This document shows, in pieces, positions 51,153-64,000 of a stretch of 64,000 nt of DNA (positions within the stretch are counted from its first letter, which is position 1; every line of letters starts with the position of its first letter). Source of the stretch: Octopus vulgaris (Eukaryota). The notes under the pieces were generated by a model that was not told where the DNA came from, made no database searches, and saw nothing but the letters and a program-made list of their open reading frames with translations. The DNA lies in the NCBI GenBank assembly GCA_951406725.2, contig OX597816.1, positions 76,818,001-76,882,000 on the forward strand, given 5' to 3'. The position numbers were made by a program, and so were the translations under genes.

Positions 51153-53742
51153 GTTTCGACCAAAGATTGGTCCAGGCCATGTTTAACTTAATAGCACCAC
51201 CTCAAAGGGTGAACTAAATCCGTTTTAAGTCAAGTTTTGTGGTATTGTGGTTCATTCAAGTTGAGTGAGTTGTATCCAGATATAGGTGGCTTATCCGGTA
51301 TTCCTTGAATAAATTTATCCAGATTCCGTTTAAAAGTGATGGGATCCTTTTCGTCTTTGATCTCTTTCGGGACAATATTAAATAGGGCAGGGCCTGTTGA
51401 TGAAAAGAAATTGTGTTGCAGTGTGTTTAAATGTTGTGATCCTGAATTGGGTAGTGAACGTATAGCCTGTGGTCCTAGCCTTGGATGAATTTTGAAGCTA
51501 ATGCCGAGGACGCTTGTGCAATGCTGGTGGTATATTCTCCACATAGTGCAAATGATGTATCGCTCATGGTGGCGCTGGAGAGAATAGAGTTTCCTTTAAG
51601 GCGGTGCCAATACTCGAGATCAGTCATGCTCTTAATTCTTTTAGTGAATGATCTCTGGGGTGATTTGATTTTCGAGATGTTTTGTTTTGTATGGGTAGAC
51701 CCCAGGGGCAGTAGTATTCGAGGTGTGGCCTTACAAAGGAGGAGAAAAGAGGAATGATGACACTTTGTTCTCTGGACCGGAAGGTTCTTAGGATCCAGGA
51801 GCTTATCCTACGAGCTATAACGACCTTATTGTTGGTGTGGGCACTTCATTTGAGTTTGTTATCAACAATTACTCCTAGGTCTCTGATGTTATTAGATGCT
51901 ATGAGCGGTTCCCCTGAAGGAAGGGAATGTGGCTGTTTTAGCATAATATTTCTTCCAAAATGCATCAGATCAAATTTTTCCTCGTTTAGTTGCATTTTGT
52001 TTTTGTCTGCCCATTGATTCACAACATGTAGGTCCGATTGGAGCTGTGTTCAGTCTTCTTCATTGATAATTTTCTGGAGCTTAGCGTCATCAGCGAATAT
52101 TTTCACTTTGCTGTGTTTTATGACGCTGGAGAGGTCGTTTATATAAACTATAAAGAGGAGTGGGTCCAAAACAGTCTCCTGAGGGACACCACTGGTGACT
52201 TTTACTGGGCTTGAGTGGACTCCACCGATCACAACATGTGGTGCTCTGTTCTCCAGAAAATACTCAATCCAGTGTAGAGGTTTTCCACGGATTCCAACAT
52301 TTGACAATTTTGATAGTAGAATGTTACGGTCAACTCTGTCGAACGCTTTACTAAAGACAAGACATATGACATCAAAGCACGAAGCTGAACATAAGGCTTT
52401 AAGGATATCATTGATGTGATGTAAGAGCTGTGTTAGACAGTCCCTGTTGCAGCGATTGGATTTCACCACCATCTCAAACAATTTAATGACAAGGGACGTG
52501 AGTGAGATTGGGCGATAATTGACTGCGAGGGATCTGTTTCCCTGTTTAAAAACCGGGATGCCATGCTGAGATAAGAGCTGTTTCGGTATACAACCTGTGT
52601 CTAAAGAATTTCTCCAGAGGTTGGTCAGAGGGACTGCAAGTTGGTGTCTACATTCCTTCAGGAGACTAACGGAGAATCTATCAGGGCCTACAGCAGAACA
52701 GTATTTGATCTCATTTATTGCTGCTATGATGTCTGAAGCAATAAAGGCTATGCCGAGCTTATACTTCGGGAATCGACGTCGTTCACATTCCTCAAGTCAA
52801 TATCAGTGGGATCACTAAAGACAGAGCATTATTGTTTCTGCAGTACTTTTGCTATTTCGTTAGCATCGTATTGGAGAATGCCGTTATCATTGATCAATGG
52901 ACCAACGGGTGAGACAGCAGCCCTATGCTTAGTTGCATGTGAATAGAACATGTTTGGCTTCTGTTTGATTTTATTGATTACCCACTGTTCCTCTGCAGCT
53001 TTTTTGATTTTCAATGCAGGATTTGATGTTGATCTGCAGATGACGTTTTTCCAACTCCAGCCTTTTCATTGTTGTTGAATGAGGATGCTACATGTGGGAG
53101 TATTTTAATTCGTTGATTTTTTAGAAATTATGTCTTTTGATGAGCCTGATGAGTGTTCTTTTCTCTCTAGGGAGCCTGTTTTTGTTTGTGCTGGTGGATT
53201 TCATAGTAGCGTGTTTTAAGCATGTATAGATGACAATATCCTCAAAGCGCTGCCATGTGATTTCAATGTCAGTGGAACTGAGAGCAAAGGACCAGTCGAT
53301 AAAGGACAGATCCTTTCTGATGATTGCTCCCGCGTGTGCTTTGTGTAAGTTTATGTTGTCAAACAAGTGCAGTAGAGTGGGATTAGCTGGTTTGGTTTTG
53401 ATATACCGGAAATTAAAATTACAGAGTATCATGTGGTCCAAGAGGAGAAATTTTTCAACTGAAATATTGTGGATGGAGCTAGAGTAGTTTGTTAATATTA
53501 GCTCAAAGGTCGTTTTATTCTTTTTTGTTGGTTCGAGCACTAGCTGTCCTCGAACAATTAGATTGAAGAGTAATTCTGCAGCTGATTTGTCTGGTGTGGT
53601 GCAGTTGTCTAACTTCTGGGTATTTGTGGGCCAGTTTATATAAGGGAGGTTAAAATCACCCATCACCAGTATGTTTCCAGAGTTGTGTTTTTCAAGGAGG
53701 GCTTGATTTTGTTGAGGTATTCTTCAAAGCACTTTAGAGTTG
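51153..53742 (-). pseudogene. Decayed CR1-group LINE ORF2 (APE endonuclease and reverse transcriptase) with 3' end
   Basis: GDFNLPYINW (APE), NYRPISL, FSKAFDRV, GVPQETVLDPLLFIVYINDL, FADDAKL, IRDLGV, RPHLEY, FNIVPKEI; multiple frameshifts; 3' stem-loop gaccaa-tct-ttggtc near 51160. Confidence 0.93.
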
Positions 53743-54411
53743 CTTACAGACAGTGAGTGTGAGTGAGAGAAAGAGAGAAGGGCAGGGTTGGACAGATACA
53801 TATACATACGTATATACATACATAGACGCTAACAGTTAGACACAGAGAGAGGGAAAGAGAGGGAGATTGAATTGATTGATTGGTTGAGTGAGTGAGTGAG
53901 TGAGTAAACGAGTGAGTGAGTGAGTTAGTGATAAATACCTGATGCCTGGTGTGCATTTGATCCGTACTGGCCTACACACACATGTATACGATAAATTTTC
54001 CTGAATAAATATAAAGTTAATAATGAAGTCCTTACAAATGTTTATATTTTACATTTAGCCAGCCAATACTTCTGCAGTATTATTGAATTTATGTGGTAAT
54101 TTATCAATCACACACGCACACATGCACACACATATTTGCATAGCGGCGAAGACAGATAAAACATGCATACTTCTCTCTCTTTATCTGTCTATCTAAGTCC
54201 CCTTTCAGTTTCTCTCCCACATTTTCTCACTCTCTCTCTCTCTCTCTTTCTCAGATATTCCCTTCTAACTGTCTCTTACATATGCCACCTCCCCCCTCCT
54301 CGCACTCATTCTTTATTTTACCCTATTCTTTGTTTCTCTATTTTTCGCATAAATTCAATCCTTCCTTCCTCCCACCTCTGTTGATTTCCATCTGTCTTGA
54401 TTCATTTTCTC

Positions 54412-54850
<439 letters not shown>

Positions 54851-55687
54851 TCCAATGTTTAAATATAGTTCACATATTTTTACATCCAGCATCTTTCTTC
54901 ATCTCAATATATCTATTTATCGATCTGTATAAACACATACATGCATACAGGCATTTCTGCATATGCCTATATGTGAATCCATATATACTCTATATGCATA
55001 TATTTTGAGAGAGAGTAGATATATAGGTATACGTGTATACTTACACACGCACACAGCATTTATCCAGTTAACTAGGTTTTTATTGATCTACTGTATAATT
55101 ATTTATCTATCTCTAGCAATACATTTCTCTGTATTATTTAGATACGTAGCAATCGATATCTCCCCTTTTTCTCCCTCTTTCTATGTATGTACATATACGT
55201 ATATAAATGAATTAAATATAAGGATAAAATCTATATAAGATTTTATCAGGTAGCTAGTGTGTAAAACCAATTAAGGTAAAAAATTAATACTAAATATGTA
55301 ATGATTTTAAATATATTATTACATTAAGTGTTGTTACTGTTAGTAAAGTTTGACTTTAGCGTCCCTTTCCAGCGTATGGCTTATAGTAGCAGCTCTTAAT
55401 GTAATGATTACCTATATAGATGTATATGCGTGATTGCATGTAGGTGCTGGTGCGTGTGCGAGCAGGTGCGTGTACGAGCGGGTGCATATGTGACTTCCAT
55501 GCGCATATGCACATACCTACAGAATGTAATTTACTTTTGTACATTTTCCTTCAAACTTTCATCGAAAGGTACTCGCTAATCCAAAACTACAGTAGAAAAC
55601 ATGTGGCCAAAGTTTGACATACTATGAACGGAACCGGAATATGTGTGGATAACTCCTTACACGGCTTTGGCTTTCTTTTCGCCTACG

Positions 55688-55760
<73 letters not shown>

Positions 55761-55829
55761 TATGTGTGTGTGTTCGAAATTTCAGCACGAACATTGCAAC
55801 ACAAAAACTGCAACACAAAGTAAAGATAA

Positions 55830-56020
55830 TCCTTTCTGCTATAGGCACAAGGCCAGCAATTTTGTGGGAGTGGCAAACTGGTTATAAAGATCCCAGTGCT
55901 CAAGTGGTACTTATTTCATTGATTTGACCTCGGCAGCATGTGAAACCACAATGTAAATGTGGACTAAATGCTTAGCGGCATTTTGTCCTCTGTACCAACG
56001 ATTCTGCTAGCCCGCCGCTT
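55830..56020 (-). mobile_element. SINE family B, decayed
   Basis: ataggcacaaggccagcaattt...gacctcggc...aacgattctgctagcccgccgc. Confidence 0.8.
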
Positions 56021-56043
56021 TAGTTATAATAATAATAAGAGGA

Positions 56044-56275
56044 TGAAGAAAAAGAAGAAGAAGAAGAAGAAGGAGGAAGAGGAGGAGGGGAGGAGGAGGT
56101 GGAAGAAGAAGAAGAGGAGGAGAAGATGAAGAAGAAGAAGTGGAGGAGGAGAAGAGGAAGAAGAAGAAGAAGAAGAAGAAGAAGAAGAAGAAGAAGAAGA
56201 AGAAGAAGAAGAAGAAGAAGAAGAAGAAGAAGAAGAAGAAGAAGAAGAAGAAGAAGAAGAAGAAGAAGAAGAAGA
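56044..56275. repeat. (GAA)n and (GGA)n trinucleotide repeat
   Basis: Directly visible. Confidence 0.97.
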
Positions 56276-56442
56276 TTTCTTTATTGTCCATAGAGGCTAA
56301 ACATAGATGGGAAAACAAGGGCAGACAAAGGGATTAAGTCGATTACATCAACCCCTGTGCGTAACTGGGACTTATTTATTCGACCCCGAAAAGATGAAAA
56401 CAAAGTCAACCTCGGCGACATTTGAATTCAGAACGTAAAGGC
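56276..56442 (-). mobile_element. SINE family B, 3' part (tail type 1)
   Basis: atttctttatt...ggctaaacataga...gattaagtcgattacatc...tttgaattcagaacgtaa. Confidence 0.85.
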
Positions 56443-56482
56443 AAATAATAATAATAATAGCAACAACAACAACAACAATACC

Positions 56483-57030
56483 TGGCAGTGGCTCTCATGG
56501 CTTCTGATCTTAACTGATTGGAAGTGTTATCAAGTACATTGTTTTGGCTTGTCAGTTGTTTGACCTTAACCAGTTGACCGTGTCCCTTAGTTGCTGACGA
56601 TATGTGCATCTCTGATCATGAACAGAAGTAATGGGGGAGCATCCATCATAGCCGTGTGTTGAAAGGAATTCTTAGAGGTTTGGATAATTCACCTTTGGAA
56701 ACATGAGTGTTTCGTTCAACTTCCTTAAACCATCCTTATTCAGAGACCTTTTGAGCGGGATGGGCTACTCGACCAGAAGAAAATTCTAACTGGGCTCCAC
56801 CTGCAAGGTCATGCGCTGTTTATCTTCGTATGAGATCACCATGTCGCGCACATGTGCTTGTGATGCATGTGCCTAGTGTACCCTTATCAGACGGGTAGTC
56901 ATGATGGGTATACTGGGCTTCGTATATTTTATCCCAGTGTCACTCTGATGGCATACACTGCTCTCTCACTCAACAACAATAATAATAATCATAATAATAA
57001 TAATAATAATAACAACAACAATAATAATAT
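56483..57030 (+). mobile_element. Retroposon 3' segment ending in an (AAT/AAC)n tail (LINE 3' UTR-like, clade uncertain)
   Basis: GC-richer non-coding block of about 490 bp bracketed by (AAT)/(AAC) repeats, ending ctctctcactc-aacaacaataataat. Confidence 0.5.
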
Positions 57031-57034
57031 CACA

Positions 57035-57230
57035 TTTTGGTATAATGTTGGGGGAGGGTAAGTTGATTACATTGATTCCAGTACTCAACTAGCATTTCTT
57101 TTATTGATCTCGCAGGAATGAAAGTTAAAGTCGACCTTTGCGGCATTTGAACTCAGAAAGTAAAGACGGACGAAATGCCGCTAATAATTTTGTCCGGCGT
57201 GCTAACGATTCTTACACCTCGCCACCTTAG
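57035..57230 (-). mobile_element. SINE family B
   Basis: aaagtcgacctt..gcggcatttgaactcagaa...tgtccggcgtgctaacgattct. Confidence 0.83.
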
Positions 57231-58069
57231 CCAAAATAAAGATAATACATTGTTTAATATCTTTTCCCTTTTTTTTACCATTCAATTTGAAATAAAGAAA
57301 GTGGGTGTGTCTCACTTTTTGTTTTCCCGTTCTTATTCGTCGATGTCAGAGGTTTACCAGAACGAAAACGGGTGATGATACGTTGCGTAAATGGATCGAT
57401 ATGAAAATGTTTTTGCTCTTCGACATTGTTTACAGACTTCCATAGCACTTTGGGATAAATTATATTTGCTGAAATATTATTGTGGCTCGCTTCGTTATTT
57501 ACAAAGGGTTAAATCTAAAAAGAAATAACACTTCAGTTATTAGTAGTTAATTTTTGTATACATTTTCGGGGTGTGGACACTCTGTGTATATGTTATTCGT
57601 GATTCAACGCACACAAAAACTTCTCACCTTACCTTAACATTCCAGACAATATCATTTAATCTCAACACGTATACAACCTTTAGTTATAGCATCTTATGAA
57701 TCCGCCTACCTATTGTTATAATTTTTATCAGTTGTTCTTCTGTGATGTCGAAAAAAGTAAAATGAAATAATTATTGTTTGAATTTTTACTGTGTTTGTAA
57801 CTGAACATCTGCAGTAGTTCTGAAACAGCATGATAATGTTTATGGTAACGTTAGCTATTGTGTATTTTGATGGTGTTTCTTTGATAACGCTGTTATTGTT
57901 AATGGAAATTTGTTGTTTGTATGATCCTAAGTTCGTACAAACAAACACTCATACACACACTTACACACACGCACGCTCACACACATATACTCATGAATAT
58001 ATACATGTGTGCGTGCTTGTGTGTGTAGATACATGGACAGTTAGTTAGTTAGCTAGCTAGCTAGCTAGC

Positions 58070-58141
<72 letters not shown>

Positions 58142-58253
58142 ATGTATTTTGAATAAATGCAGTATGCATATACAGCCACACACACACACACAACACACAC
58201 ACACACACACAACACATGTATGTATGCAAACATGCGCACATTATATATATATA

Positions 58254-58277
58254 TCTTTATATATATAAAACTGAGAA

Positions 58278-58312
<35 letters not shown>

Positions 58313-59290
58313 GTGTTTCCCTAAAACTTGAGAACTACACAACCAATTTCATTCAAATTTTACACATGCCTTACTTAGGGTCCGGGGAGTGTCATCGGCA
58401 AAAAAAATGTTCAACCTCTTGTCTAGAGCGAGCCCATAGCAATATCATATCTTCTCCACTATTTCAGTATTACGTGTTAAAAGTGAAACAAAAACATTTC
58501 TCTATTTTATGTCAGATACTTTCACTTTAACAGTAAAAATAATAATAACAATTGAATTATATATAGTAAGTAATAATTAAAATCAAACTAAAGTAACATG
58601 ACAAAAGTAAAAATAGCAATTGGTATAAAATTGCATCAATGATTTGAACTTGAATAAGTGGTTTCACATGAATGGGAATAAATTAAAAATAAAATTAACG
58701 TGCAGAAAAGGAATAGTCCAGATGGATAATAAAAAATTAAATTAAAGAAAAGACTATTGTCTATAAAGTATACAATGTAGAGAAAAAAGAAGATTTGAAC
58801 ACATGGAGGAAAGCACATTCAAAAAGTGTCTTAGTGCGACTATGAAAGGTATCTAATCAGAGGCGGTAAATACGCCACAATAGAAGCAAGGTTCGAGTCA
58901 ACGGAGCGTGCAAGGGAGTACTAGACTCGAACTTGCAAAGTGGAAATATTTTATTTTTACCTTTATATCTGGAACGTAGGACGTCACGAAAAAGAATTTT
59001 AAATGCTCCCCCCCCCCCGAAATAGAGGTAGGCTGGATTGTAGCCACACTTCTATACAAGAGGGAGGACAAGATACAATTGATCGAAATTACAAGAGACG
59101 GGCTAACAATTCCAGTCTTTTTTATATTTTGAGTATTGTTATCACTAGCGATATCAAGATATGACTTTGTATTTTGTATTTTATGTGTAGATGTATATAT
59201 ATAGATGTACATGTAATATGTACACATATATATAAACATATATACATGCACTAGCACTATGACCCGGCAACGACGGGTCTTTAATGCTAG
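58254..59290 (+). mobile_element. Complete non-autonomous Helitron (about 1037 bp)
   Basis: A|TCTTTATATATATAAAA 5' end, (GTCT)n near the 5' end, 3' hairpin GACCCG-gcaacga-CGGGTC (59261-59279), CTAG|T at 59287-59290; TA context, no TSD. Confidence 0.88.
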
Positions 59291-59310
59291 TATATATATA
59301 TATATATAGT

Positions 59311-59512
59311 CGCCATGATAGATCGTTAGCCACTATACACATTTTTTCTCTCCTTGTTTCTCCCCCTGTTTTTTTTCTGTGTCCCTTTCTGTAGAAGAGC
59401 GTAGGCTCGAAACGTAAAAGACTTTTTCTATTCCTGAGCGTTATACTAATACATCTGTTTGTTTTGTACACCACCTGTCTTCGTCTTTTGTTTTTTCGTA
59501 AATTCTCCCTAT
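59311..59512 (+). mobile_element. PLE-like pLTR fragment between (TA)n arrays with a variant minimal HHR
   Basis: Homologous to 24455-24625 and to the tail scrap at 43661-43715. Confidence 0.72.
59385..59420 (+). ncRNA. Minimal type I hammerhead-like motif with a non-canonical core (CUGUAGA)
   Basis: cttt CTGTAGA A GAGC gtag GCTC GAAAC GTA aaag. Confidence 0.65.
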
Positions 59513-59513
59513 A

Positions 59514-59553
<40 letters not shown>

Positions 59554-59589
59554 AATATATGTGTGTGTGTGTGTATGTATATGTGTATA

Positions 59590-59664
<75 letters not shown>

Positions 59665-60579
59665 TCCTGTTGAAACAACACTGTCACAACCTGGGTCCTG
59701 AAGACTGCTAAAATGCAAGAATCTATATAAGTCCCTTAATATTTGATATTCAATTTTTCATTTATTCAATAAGACAATCAATACTTCATTTCATTTTACT
59801 ATATATATACTATTTATACGATACATTCTATATCAACATTATAAAGAATATAAATAAAACATAAAACGCAGACAGAGTTGGAATTCCTATATACATACAT
59901 ATATATGTATACATATATATATATCATATTACAAGTGGACATACATATATACCATATATATGTTTTATATTTTTATATTCTATATATAAGTATATCTATG
60001 AACTAAGTTATGAGGCACGTACGCACTACAAAGCTTAGAGTCTAAGCTTTGATAAATACCAATCTCAGATTAATTATGGTATTTTGCTCTTGACTATAAT
60101 TAGTCTTAGCTGGGTATTTATCACCAAACTTGTTCAACAGATACTCATAAAATTATGATGTATTTACTGTTGCGTCACAAGTCTATAATGAGAAAGATTG
60201 GAATTATATAATTGATCTTTCATGTATAATATAAAGAAAATATAGTTGAGTTTGCTTGATAGAAATAAAAAGTTTTCCGCCACAGAATCCTTTGTTATAA
60301 CTATATCATTTATTATGTGGTGTAAAATTACTTAATCCCTAGACGACCAGCAATGCCATGAGTGGATGAGAAGATGTCCAAATAGGTAGATCTAGCGAAA
60401 GACGAATACTTTTATGGTCAGCCGGATAGACCTGCCCTACGTAAAATAAAAACTACCTCTAAATGCTAATGAAGTTATGTTGTACATGCTGTCATTTGCA
60501 GTAGGGGTAAGCATACAACAGCACCCAGTTTGGTACCCCGTTCCAGCTCAGTGTCTTTAGTAGAATCTCCTCCGTTGCA

Positions 60580-61953
60580 AGCATCTGGATCAGGCGCTAA
60601 TCAGAGGATTATCTTTACATCATGACGCACCGACATCTATAGATCCCTAGATGCTAAAAAGTAAAATAAAAACTCAGGATATATTTTCTCTCTTTTTTCT
60701 CAAACATCCATGGTTCCTGATCCAAACTACACACGGCATATTATCTCTTATTAACAGGTCAACTTTATATCCTATAGCACCGCTATACAAAACTAATCTT
60801 TCGCAATTCTTAGGTTCTACATCCGTTAGCTTACACACAACTCACAGACAATCCAAAATCCTTGGCCTTTATGTAATTTTTCAGTCTTGACCTCTAACAG
60901 GCCATCAATGTTTTTGCATCTGTCTGCCCAACTGCAACATTATTGCGAACTCCTTACCATACACCCTTATCCAACACAAAGTTTCTGTCATCTTCATTAT
61001 AGCAATTCAAGTCAGCCGACTTGATAGAGCAACACCAATTCTGCGTTAGTCATCTCAAGCAGCACGTTTGTTTGCTCCCTACCCCATCAAAAGCAACTAA
61101 GGTTTCTTTTAAATATTTTTTTATGAACAACCAAACCTCACAGCCCTAAGTAATCCATGTGGTTTTCTCAGAGCTAAAACAGGTTAGGCAATGGACATGG
61201 TCTAAACCGATTAGAGAAAATCACCCACCGCCAAATGTGGATGGTCTTTAGACAGCACCACAGTTCCTAGTATGAATCACAATGCATTCTCTGTGCATTG
61301 CATAACCATTCTCGCTTCTCAAACCGTTGATACCCTGCAACAAGAATCTCTACCAACATTACCTACCCTCTTTCAATTCTCAACCATGATATATAAACTG
61401 TACTCTCATATAGAAAACCAACCCATTTCAAGCTGTTTCCCATATAACCCCACATTCTCAAGGTTTCGTTCACCATGTAAATCTTTTCTAAAACTACCCT
61501 TTTTTCGACTCCCATTATCACGCACATGTAGATATGATATGCAAAAATCACTCCGCTCGCTTCAAATCAGCAAGTGTAATGGCTCTGGTAAAATGATTTC
61601 CATTGCTTTCAAACATTGCACCTTAGAGTTATTTCCTAACGTCACCAAACACTTCAATCTCTCTCTTCTCTCTCTTCGCTTTCTCCCCCTGTCTTTCTCT
61701 TTTCTCTCTCTCTCTCTCTTCTCTCTCCTCTCTCTCTCTCTCTCTTCTTTCTCTTTCCTTTCTCTGTCTCACTACAAGAAGAATTAGTGATCCTGCCAAC
61801 TACTGCCTGTCACATTCATTTTCAATACCTCAAATATGATGACGATAGTTTTTTAGTAACCTTCTTCACCGATGTTTCTCTCGTTCTGTCTCTTACTTTC
61901 TTTCTCTCACTCTTACATTATGTCTGTCACTCTTACTTTCTGTCTCTCTTTCT

Positions 61954-62024
<71 letters not shown>

Positions 62025-62950
62025 AATAATGACTACTAATACAGCTTTCGCAAAACCAGATCTACAGCAGGTTTACTTTCTAACATCATTCATAAGTAAC
62101 TCATACCACCGAGAAAGTCTGTGAATGCGGTACTCCTAGCTCGTGGTTAATTGTCAGTGTAGTATCACTGATAGTGTCTTTTATAGGGTGCCCAACTAAT
62201 TGGTTTCCTCCACAGACTCTTCTATCAACATATCAATGACCTACTTGCCACGACATCCATTAACGTTAGTCCTAAGACGATATTATCGCTCAACACGAGA
62301 ACAGCATCGGTATGAATTTCCTTAAGCATAAAGGGTACACAACTTGAACCCTCATGACTGCTATAACACCTAGCGTCGCTATCACCGAGAAATTTAGCGA
62401 ACGCGCATCCTCCAGGTCACAAAGAGTACCACAAAATGGCTATTATTCCACTTCAGAACCAGAGACTGTTTCAGTTCTCCAAAGTCACTTACAATCCACA
62501 AAGTACATCTACAGCTTCTGCAGGGCTGACACACATGCTTAAGCATATCTAGATACAATTCACTAGAGTGACAAGACTGATATCGATGGCAAATACACTG
62601 CAATCTCTGGCCCACAGATGTAGTCCCATCTCTGCACATTCTTTCTACTTGATGTAGCCTCTGCCTAACGGAGCTGAAAGCCTTATGCCAGCTCTAATAA
62701 GGAATTCCAAATTCGTTCGTCTCACTTATGTCGTTATTCATATTGCAACCAACCTCCACTACACAAATTTAGTGCCAGATACCCATAAAATCTTCTTCGC
62801 CCACTGCCTCCTTCTCAGAACAAGAACGCCAAAATTTCTTCTCTGCGTGTATATTTTTTCTTTTTCCTGTAGCCGTCAATTTAAAAACATCCAGGGTAAA
62901 TGTTAACAGTATCAATTTCACCAGTCACAGAGATCCTGCGTAGATCTTGG
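60580..62950 (+). pseudogene. Heavily decayed APE-RT LINE (CR1/Jockey group), interrupted by (CT)n tracts
   Basis: Collinear degenerate motifs: P.WF (about 61155); KSLRSLQISKCNGSG..FKHCTLEL..NLSL (compare KA.GPDGI..LK.CA.EL..LFNLSL); DPANY (about 61790); HINDLL (about 62230); LQSLAHR (about 62600); C..ELKAL; FP.AVNL..VN (about 62870). Confidence 0.7.
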
Positions 62951-63298
62951 TTGCAATAACTTTCTCTTCACGAAAACAATAAGAAAATAACAAATCCATT
63001 CTTTTCCAGATTGTTTTTTATATTTATTTGTTCCCGTTATGAAAATTTAAATGTCTGCCCGGTGAAATTCTGCTCACGTAGTAAAAAGACTCACAAAGAA
63101 ATTTTAATCCAATATTTACCTCTATATCTACATGATAAGTCTGAAACAGAAACGTATAGGAAATTATAAATTTGAGAAAAGCATCAGAGTACAGGAAATA
63201 TTGAAATCAAATAATTGCTTTAGGCATTTTCAAGTATGAAAAAGATTGCCCAAGCTATCTTCGATAATGATTCAATCAGCAATATACGAATGCTTAAA

Positions 63299-63380
<82 letters not shown>

Positions 63381-63384
63381 GTAT

Positions 63385-63600
63385 GTGTGTGTGTGTGTCT
63401 GTGTTTGTCCCCCCAGCATTGCTTGGCAACCGATGGTGGTGTGTTTACGTCCCCGTCACTTAGCGGTTCGGCAAAACAGACCGATAGAATAAGTACTGGA
63501 CTTACAAAGAATAAGTCCCGGGGTCGATTTGCTCGATTTAAGGCGGTGCTCCAGCATGGCCGCAGTCAAATGACTGAAACAAGTAAAAGAGTAAAAGAGT
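63385..63600 (+). mobile_element. SINE family A, 3' half
   Basis: tgtgtctgtgtttgtccccc...ggcggtgctccagcatggccgcagtcaaatgactgaaacaagtaaaagagtaaaaga. Confidence 0.92.
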
Positions 63601-63607
63601 ATATATG

Positions 63608-63649
<42 letters not shown>

Positions 63650-64000
63650 TAGATAGATAGATAGATAAATATGTGTGTGTGAATGATTATAAGAAGGCGG
63701 TAGTAATTGTGAAGCTTCGTGAATACTCGACTTCGTTAAGTATTCAGATGAATTCCATCATCGGAATTACTTCCAAGGCGCTGTTAATTTGCTTTCGTAA
63801 ACATAAATTATATACTCTACTTATAAATTTTGAAATTTTTCGTTTTGATGTTTTTATATATTTATGCTTAATTATACACACTATGTATAATTATACACGC
63901 ACTCACACAGACACACTCACCAAATACACACATGCATATATATACGCGCGCGCAATATATATATGTAAATATTTATATATATATGTATATGTATATATAC

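Noticed and set aside
58898-59257. RepHel coding remnant or captured exon inside the Helitron
   Set aside because: No Rep or PIF1 helicase motifs recognised in any frame I read.
60029-60051. Perfect 10-bp-arm hairpin caaagcttag-agt-ctaagctttg
   Set aside because: Isolated and short, with no context suggesting function; bacterial-style terminators do not apply here.

Overview
AT-rich, microsatellite-dense eukaryotic genomic DNA. The SINE families and repeat landscape look cephalopod (octopus-like); this is an inference from pattern recognition, not from a search. No complete protein-coding gene is present, and almost all long ORFs in the track are microsatellite artefacts. The window is mostly transposon-derived. 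It contains many tRNA-derived SINEs, four or five LINE fragments (a young Tx1/L1 3' piece embedded in a (GATA)n array, a young CR1-group 3' piece nested in a SINE, and two long decayed APE-RT LINEs), three mariner remnants, three non-autonomous Helitrons and several hairpin MITEs. A probable last coding exon of a host gene lies at 2501-2730. The most striking hidden layer is about 13 hammerhead-ribozyme (HHR) or HHR-like motifs from at least six sequence families. They sit in Penelope-like (PLE) pseudo-LTR or retrozyme-like elements that abut (TA)n arrays. Five have intact canonical cores, one family carries a shared non-canonical core with a covarying stem, and one element places a tRNA-like Pol III promoter about 185 nt upstream of its HHR cleavage site. 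All coordinates were read by eye; repeat boundaries may be off by a few to tens of bases.
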